A DNA stretch of 64,000 bases, from NCBI GenBank assembly GCA_041398845.1, contig JAWKTZ010000010.1:189758-253757 (forward strand), in the 5' to 3' direction. Shown in pieces: positions 57,889 to 64,000 of this stretch; positions within the stretch are counted from its first letter, which is position 1, and every line of letters begins with the position of its first letter. This DNA is from Planctomycetaceae bacterium. GTDB lineage: Bacteria > Planctomycetota > Planctomycetia > Planctomycetales > Planctomycetaceae. Both the position numbers and the translations under genes were made by a program. The notes below the pieces were generated by a model. It worked only from the letters and a program-made list of their open reading frames with translations, had not been told where the DNA came from and made no database searches.

Positions 57889-57901
57889 GAGGTCACGTCG
57901 C

Positions 57902-60900
57902 TCAGTCGATTACGGCGGGCAGCGCCAGCGACTGTTGATCCTTGGGGATATAATACGGCAGCGCGAGTTCTTCGATCAATGCCGTCAGCTTCTCTGTCTT
58001 GTCTGCAGATTCCTTCTGCAGGCCCAGTTCGGTCAGACTGCCAAGGTTTTCCCGCCAGACCGGCTGCTGTTCCTCGGGCACGATGAGTTCGACGACGACG
58101 CAGTCGCCTTCCGGAATTCGGTTTGAGCCGAGGCTGCGGCCACGTAACGCCAGCGGAGTCTGTCGTTCATGAATGGGTGATTTGTCAGCCGGTGACGTTG
58201 CGATTCGAACTTGAAAAACCGTTGGACGATTTTCTTCAATCTTCACGTCTTCGCGTGATACCACCGCTCGCAACGAACTGCGGACCGTTTTGACGCCTTC
58301 GCTGGCATCGTTCAGGACGGGATTCAGATTGACCTTCAGACTCACCTCAGTTCCCGTGCCCAGCGCAGCGGTCTCGGGATTCTGCATCTGCTGCAGGCCG
58401 GCAGCCAGTTCGTCCCAGGGAATCGGAACAATGGCCAGTGCTGCTGGAGCACTGGCGAAGACTCCTGCCAGGTGATCATCGTCATAGACATGAACGCTGG
58501 CACCAGCCGTGCTGGATCGCCGAGTCGTCAGCACGACACGTCCCGTGCTGCGGTCGAGGATATTTCCGGCGACCAGCCAGGCATCGCGGTGCGCGAACCA
58601 CTGAAAGGCTGCTTCCTGAAGCGCGGACGACTGAGCTGCCACGGCCTGGTCGACATTCAGGTCACCCATTCCGTTCCAGCTCAGCATTCGAGCTTTGGGA
58701 AACGTTGACAGGCCGGCCAGTTCGCTGTTGTCGGGTGAGAATCGCAGCGACTGCAGAGCCGCGAAGACTGGTTCGGACGCCTGAAAATCCGGGCGGCGAC
58801 TGCCCTTTGGTCTATCACTGGCCTTCAGTGGAACGCGTTTGACGCGAACTTTCGGATCGGGAGGATACATGATTGCCACCGGCTTGCCGTCGCTGGCGTC
58901 GAGCACTCCGAGTTGTCCCGCCGCAACCAGGGCGACGTACTTTCCGTCATCGGAAATCGCGGCATTTCCCTGTTTGAAGCGGACGTTCGACACCTTGATG
59001 GACTTGCGGCGTTTACCGTTGCTGCAGTCCCAGACCAGAAGTTCGTCTGACCAGCGGTCACCAATCATCAACGATGTTGACGACAGTAACATCACGTCCA
59101 CAAATCGCTTGCTGTCGCCGGCGGCTGTGAACAGCTTTTCACCGGTCTGAGTATTCCACACGGTGACAGCGACATCCTGCTGATCCGTTGCCTTGGCCGT
59201 GGCCGCGAACAGTTGACCATCCGGAGACAGTGCGGTTTGAGCATGCAGTGGGTACGTTCCATTCAGCTCTCGTTGAACCGTTTTGGCGGCTTTGTCCCAC
59301 ACCTTGTTGCCGGAAATTACGACAGGGCATGTCGATACGCCCATCGTGAAACCGGCCGATGGTTCGAACGGTATGGTTTCATACTTTGCAGCGACGGCAG
59401 ACACGATCTCCTGAGTTTTCACTTGCGGCGTCTTCGGTTCAGTCGGCGTCGGCGTCTCGGTAACGGCGGTCGCGGCTGTCTGCGGTGCGTCAGTTTTCGA
59501 TTTCGCAGTCTGGTTTTTTTCCGAATTGCCATTCGGCTTCTTTTGTCCCTGTCCCTTACCTTTTCCTTTGCCCTTGTTGTTGTTGTTGGACCGGTCGGAA
59601 TTTGCTGTTGGCGCTGGTGATGCCGGCGCAGTGATCACCGGTGCGACTGCGACAAGGTCATCTTCCGGTACGTTGGTCAATTTGAAATAAATGACGTAAC
59701 CCGCGAGCAGAAACACGCCGACGGCCAGTGAGATCGCCAGTGCCGGATGGACTTCCTGTCCCATCACCAGAACTCCGGGAGTCTTTGCCGGTTTCTTTGA
59801 CTTCGCCGAGCGTTTGCTGCTGCCAGCCTTCGGAGGCAGCGCTTCGTCGCTACTCATTCCGAGCCATTCCAGATCCGGATCCGCAGCGCCCTGAGTCTCT
59901 GCCGCTCGTCGCGAAGCCACAGCCCCGCTCTTCGTACTCGGACCAACACGTCGCTGAGCCGACCGGCGACTGGACGCGCTGGACGAACTGGCACGCGTGC
60001 CCGATTGCGACGACGGACCTGCTGCAGATCCGGATCCGGACGCACGCAGCTTTGCGGACTGTGACACCGATGAGCCGGACGAACGGGTGCCGGACGCAGA
60101 CTGAGATCCCGAGGATCGCGGCTCTGGCTGAGTCGGTTTGACGGACGGTGGGACATCCTGGGTTGTCGGAATTGCCGCTGATGGTGTGGTCACGGCGGAA
60201 ATCGGCGCTCTGAGCCCCTCAAGAACGGCTTCGGCAAAGTCTTCACAACTGTCAAAGCGATCCTTCGGACTCTTTTCAATCCCCTTCTGAACGGCCAACG
60301 CCAGTTCGCGAGACACCACGTCCGGACGCACTTCCGAAAGCAGCGGCAGACTCTTCTGAGTCTGATTGATCATCGTCATCGTGGCGCTGTTGCCCTGCAT
60401 TGGAGGACTGCCGGTGAGCGCGTGGTAGATGGTGATCGCCATCGAATACTGGTCGGCTCGACCGTCATACGGCTGGCCCAGCACGACTTCGGGAGAAATA
60501 TAATTGGGAGTTCCCAGCACAATTCCGGCGGCGGTTTCTGACGAATTCAGTTCCGCATGTTCGCCGTACATGATCTTTGACAGTCCAAAGTCGGCGACAT
60601 ACGGATTGTTGTCATCATCAAACAGAATATTTGCCGGCTTCACATCGCGATGCACCATGCCTTTGCGAAAACAGAAGTCCAGAGCTCGCCCCACTTCGCG
60701 CACCCAAGACTTCAGCGAATCCGGCGTCATGCGGCCTTTGGCATCCGCTTCGTTCTGCATGCGATCGGCCAGGCTTCCGCCGGACAATAACTGCATGACC
60801 ACATAAGGCAGCTTTTCATATTCCCCAACGTCCAGCACCTTGACGACGTGCGGATGTGAAAACCGCACCAGCAACTGGCTCTCACGTTTGAAGCGTTCGC

Positions 60901-61588
60901 GAAAATCTTCGGTCGTGAACTTCTCGGGCTTGGGCACTTTGACAACAGCGTCTGTCTGCAGCCGACTGTCGGCGACCAGAAACACATAAGCCATGCTGCC
61001 CTTACCCAGCATCGACTTGATCGTGTAACGACCTCCCGCCAACACAGCTCCCACCAGCGTCTTTGTGGCTTTGGCCTGACCGGATTCCTTCTTTTGAGTT
61101 CGATCCGCTCGTCGCTTTGCAAACTTTGAGTCACCCGACCCTTTCACCAGCCGCTTCAATTTGCGAGTGCGTGAATGCGAGGCGGTCGAGCCGGAATCCG
61201 GAGACGCATTGCTGCTGTCGCTGGACTCTTCGCCGTCTTCAGCGGATACCTGTTCTTTTTCTTCGGCCGGATCGCTGGCCGCAGAAGGATCGGCAGACGA
61301 TGAAGCTGTCGTACCAGAATCATTCACGCCGGGATCATTCACGCTCGCGGCCGAAACGTTGGCGGCAGTCGCCTGCGAGTCACTGTCAGCGGTGGGATCC
61401 GCAACGGCCGTTTGAACCTCAGCCACTCCAGCCAGGCTTCCTACCGGCACCCATGTCTGACCATCATCAGACGTACACTCAGCCGCAGCGTCAAGGACGC
61501 CGTTTGAGGTTTCCTGCCGGAGTCGTTCCAGCGTGTAAGGTTCAGACAGCCCCGATTCCGTTTGGAGCCGATAAAATGTTTCGGACAT
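57902..61588 (-). CDS. Transmembrane Ser/Thr kinase with N-terminal GYF_2-like domain and C-terminal WD40-like beta-propeller
   Basis: N-terminal SEPYTLERLRQ..DDGQTWVPV. LGKGSMAYV, HRDVKPAN, DFGLS, GTPNYISPE. TM ALAISLAVGVFLLAGYVIYF. Repeats ALSPDGQLFA, VWNTQTG, ISDDGKYVA, FSPDNSELA. Confidence 0.92.
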   Translation of the reverse strand: MSETFYRLQTESGLSEPYTLERLRQETSNGVLDAAAECTSDDGQTWVPVGSLAGVAEVQTAVADPTADSDSQATAANVSAASVNDPGVNDSGTTASSSADPSAASDPAEEKEQVSAEDGEESSDSSNASPDSGSTASHSRTRKLKRLVKGSGDSKFAKRRADRTQKKESGQAKATKTLVGAVLAGGRYTIKSMLGKGSMAYVFLVADSRLQTDAVVKVPKPEKFTTEDFRERFKRESQLLVRFSHPHVVKVLDVGEYEKLPYVVMQLLSGGSLADRMQNEADAKGRMTPDSLKSWVREVGRALDFCFRKGMVHRDVKPANILFDDDNNPYVADFGLSKIMYGEHAELNSSETAAGIVLGTPNYISPEVVLGQPYDGRADQYSMAITIYHALTGSPPMQGNSATMTMINQTQKSLPLLSEVRPDVVSRELALAVQKGIEKSPKDRFDSCEDFAEAVLEGLRAPISAVTTPSAAIPTTQDVPPSVKPTQPEPRSSGSQSASGTRSSGSSVSQSAKLRASGSGSAAGPSSQSGTRASSSSASSRRSAQRRVGPSTKSGAVASRRAAETQGAADPDLEWLGMSSDEALPPKAGSSKRSAKSKKPAKTPGVLVMGQEVHPALAISLAVGVFLLAGYVIYFKLTNVPEDDLVAVAPVITAPASPAPTANSDRSNNNNKGKGKGKGQGQKKPNGNSEKNQTAKSKTDAPQTAATAVTETPTPTEPKTPQVKTQEIVSAVAAKYETIPFEPSAGFTMGVSTCPVVISGNKVWDKAAKTVQRELNGTYPLHAQTALSPDGQLFAATAKATDQQDVAVTVWNTQTGEKLFTAAGDSKRFVDVMLLSSTSLMIGDRWSDELLVWDCSNGKRRKSIKVSNVRFKQGNAAISDDGKYVALVAAGQLGVLDASDGKPVAIMYPPDPKVRVKRVPLKASDRPKGSRRPDFQASEPVFAALQSLRFSPDNSELAGLSTFPKARMLSWNGMGDLNVDQAVAAQSSALQEAAFQWFAHRDAWLVAGNILDRSTGRVVLTTRRSSTAGASVHVYDDDHLAGVFASAPAALAIVPIPWDELAAGLQQMQNPETAALGTGTEVSLKVNLNPVLNDASEGVKTVRSSLRAVVSREDVKIEENRPTVFQVRIATSPADKSPIHERQTPLALRGRSLGSNRIPEGDCVVVELIVPEEQQPVWRENLGSLTELGLQKESADKTEKLTALIEELALPYYIPKDQQSLALPAVID

Positions 61589-61735
61589 TCCGCTGCCTGT
61601 GATGGCCGTGCGTGGGTGACCCTTCGAGCTGCTCTATGCTAACCTCAAATGTCAGGGAATCGGGACTACGGATCACAAATCCGCAGCGCATTTCATATCA
61701 GCGAAGGCCGCCCATGTTAACGTGAACAGCCTGGT

Positions 61736-61760
61736 GAATTTGAGCAATTTGCTGAAATTC
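61736..61760. promoter_or_regulatory. Near-perfect palindrome (operator or weak terminator candidate)
   Basis: GAATTTGAGCAA-T-TTGCTGAAATTC, 11/12 symmetric, between the AKR stop and the kinase start. Confidence 0.4.
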
Positions 61761-61787
61761 CTGCCAGAACGTCTGACGGCTCGAATT

Positions 61788-62822
61788 TTACAGACGTCTC
61801 AGGCCATCTTCTTTCAAAGGATTAGGGATTTCTTCGTCAATTTGATTGATTCGCTGTAGGGTTTCATCGCACAAATGCAGGTCTTTTGCGGCCAGACTTT
61901 CGTCCAACTGCTCAACAGACGTGGCTCCGATAATCGTTGACGCCACAAAATCGTGCTGACGACTCCACGCGACCGCCAGCGCCGTCAGAGTGATTCCTAA
62001 ATCTGCGGCGATCGGTTTCAACCGCTCCACAGTGGCTCGACTGCGATCATTCAGAAACCGTTCACTCATTTTCTGCTGACGTTCACCCGCGTTGCGATAG
62101 GCCGTGAAGCGAGATCCTTCCGGCCAGGCGTCAGTGTATTTGCCCGTCAGCACGCCGCCACCCAGCGGAGAATACGGCAGCAGACTGACCTGTTCGCGAC
62201 GACACACCTGAGCCAGCTCACTTTCGCAACGGCGATTGATCAGGCTGAAATTGTTCTGCACAGTGTCATACCGAGACAGTCCGTGCTGATCAGCCGCCCA
62301 CAGACTCTTCATCAATCCCCAACAGGTTTCGTTGCTGCACCCGGCCGCTCGAATCTTGCCCTGCTGAATCAATGTCGTCAGCGCCTCCAGAATGTCTTCA
62401 TAGCGAGCAAAGTGGTCAGGCCAGTGCGTCTGATACAGGTCGATGTAGTCGGTCTGCAATCGCTGCAGACTGTTTTCAACCGCACGCATGATCTGAAACC
62501 GATCCAGAGCCGTCCGACCATAGCGCACCGGCGGAACAAACCAACCGTGTCCGGGACCAGTGATCTTGGTGGCGACAATGACGGACTCGCGAGGCTTCGT
62601 CTTCAGCCATTTGCCAACGATTTCTTCGGTCACACCAAACGTCTTTGCATCCGGCGGCACCGGATACAGTTCGGCCGCGTCAAAAAAATCGATTCCCTCA
62701 TCGTAGGCTCGATCCATAATGCGAAAGGACAGCGATTCATCACACTGAGCACCAAACGTCATGGTCCCCATGCAGATATCCGTAACAGAAATTCCACTGC
62801 CTCCCAGACGACGACGTTCCAT
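61788..62822 (-). CDS. Aldo/keto reductase (Tas-like)
   Basis: [51 protein letters not shown]. Confidence 0.95.
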   Translation of the reverse strand: MERRRLGGSGISVTDICMGTMTFGAQCDESLSFRIMDRAYDEGIDFFDAAELYPVPPDAKTFGVTEEIVGKWLKTKPRESVIVATKITGPGHGWFVPPVRYGRTALDRFQIMRAVENSLQRLQTDYIDLYQTHWPDHFARYEDILEALTTLIQQGKIRAAGCSNETCWGLMKSLWAADQHGLSRYDTVQNNFSLINRRCESELAQVCRREQVSLLPYSPLGGGVLTGKYTDAWPEGSRFTAYRNAGERQQKMSERFLNDRSRATVERLKPIAADLGITLTALAVAWSRQHDFVASTIIGATSVEQLDESLAAKDLHLCDETLQRINQIDEEIPNPLKEDGLRRL

Positions 62823-63069
62823 TGTTTTCAATTCCAGATGCCATGACATGAACGATTGAACCATCCGGTTTCGATCCCGGATGCGTCCAGAATAGACAAT
62901 CCTGTGGCATTCGCAAACCGGCAACAGTAATCGATTTGACGATCGCTGGTGACATGCCGTGCAAACGGATTCAGAGCGGCTTGGTTGCAGTTCCGTGGCG
63001 GGTCGATGAAACTGATGATTCCCCGATCCGGCCTCGCTCTTCGCACCTCAATCACAGCAAGCCACCACG

Positions 63070-64000
63070 ATGCTCTCCATCACCGACAGACTTCGACTGA
63101 TCATGATTGGCCTGGCATTGGTAACACCAGTCACAGCGACCAGCGCTGCAGAACCATTGTCACTCACGCTGCGTTATCAGCAGGAGACCGCTTTCAACAG
63201 TGGCCGGTTTCATCGGTTGATGAGGTCTGAAGACTGGAATCCGGAAGAAACGGCGATCGTCGTTTGCGATGTCTGGGACTACCATCACTCGATCAACGCC
63301 GTCAAACGCCTCGAAGAATTCGCACCTCGACTGAACGACGTGTTGACCAGAGCTCGCCAGAGCGGCGTGATGATCATCCATTCGCCCAGCGATTGTATGC
63401 CGGCGTACGAAAGCCATCCGGCTCGACAGCGCGCTATCGCCGTTCCAAATGCCGACTTCATACCGCTGGACTGCGAGTCCTGGTGTTCCGTTGTTCCTGC
63501 CGAGGAACGCGCGGTGTACCCCATCGATCAGTCCGATGGTGGTGACGACGATGATCCGCAGCAACACGCGGAATGGGCTCAGAAGCTGAAGGCATTAGGA
63601 CGCAATCCGAATCTGCCGTGGCAAAAACAGTCGGACATGATCACCATTGACGAAGACAGAGACTACATCAGCGACAGGGGCGACGAAGTCTGGAACATTC
63701 TGCAGCAGCGCGGCATTCGGAATGTGATCCTGACCGGAGTTCACACCAACATGTGCGTGACCGGTCGCCCGTTCGGACTGCGTCAGATGGCTCGCAACGG
63801 TAAGAACGTGGTCCTGATGCGAGACATGACCGACACAATGTACAACCCCAACCGCTGGCCATTTGTCAGCCACTTCACCGGAACCGATCTGATCGTGTCG
63901 CACATCGAACGCTACATTTGTCCAACGATTACCAGTGACCAGATTCTGCGACATCAGCCAACCAAAGCCCCTCCGGGATGGGTCGTTCGACAGGTCACCG
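63070..64000 (+). CDS. Exported isochorismatase/cysteine hydrolase family protein, 3' truncated by the window
   Basis: Not in the ORF track because it has no stop in the window. Manual translation from ATG 63070: MLSITDRLRLIMIGLALVTPVTATSAAEP...TAIVVCDVWDYH...VILTGVHTNMCVTGRPFG...RDMTDTMYNP. Catalytic Asp and Cys present. Confidence 0.88.
   Translation, partial: MLSITDRLRLIMIGLALVTPVTATSAAEPLSLTLRYQQETAFNSGRFHRLMRSEDWNPEETAIVVCDVWDYHHSINAVKRLEEFAPRLNDVLTRARQSGVMIIHSPSDCMPAYESHPARQRAIAVPNADFIPLDCESWCSVVPAEERAVYPIDQSDGGDDDDPQQHAEWAQKLKALGRNPNLPWQKQSDMITIDEDRDYISDRGDEVWNILQQRGIRNVILTGVHTNMCVTGRPFGLRQMARNGKNVVLMRDMTDTMYNPNRWPFVSHFTGTDLIVSHIERYICPTITSDQILRHQPTKAPPGWVVRQVT

Noticed and set aside
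1-64000. CRISPR array, tRNA, rRNA, prophage or intact transposase
   Set aside because: I found no regularly spaced repeats, cloverleaf or rRNA-like sequence, or phage/transposase motifs.

Overview
About 57% GC by eye. The gene content (DUF1559, DUF1501/PSD1-cytochrome, two DUF1592+DUF1552 pairs, sulfatases, HEAT and FGE-domain proteins, eukaryote-like Ser/Thr kinases) points to a planctomycete, probably Planctomycetaceae; this is inference. About 43 CDS are supportable, including housekeeping ispG and polA. I found no rRNA, tRNA, CRISPR array, transposase or prophage. The standout is a tightly spaced five-gene + strand cluster at 1-8505, cut by the left window edge: RyR-repeat protein, TIR-FGE fusion with intact catalytic Glu, FHA protein, soluble SPFH/coiled-coil protein, and a Ser/Thr kinase with double zinc ribbon and C-terminal membrane anchor. 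It looks like an undescribed phosphorylation-gated TIR signalling or defence module. Also notable: a mosaic of two REP classes at 33.0-33.3 kb, a 99-bp MITE-like element at 57.8 kb, a sigma54 promoter before a HAD phosphatase, a VapBC pair, a small ATPase plus double arrestin-like protein pair, and an FGE-LRR fusion. All domain calls come from motifs recognised by eye; no database searches were run. Several starts were moved from the ORF track to more plausible ATG/GTG codons.
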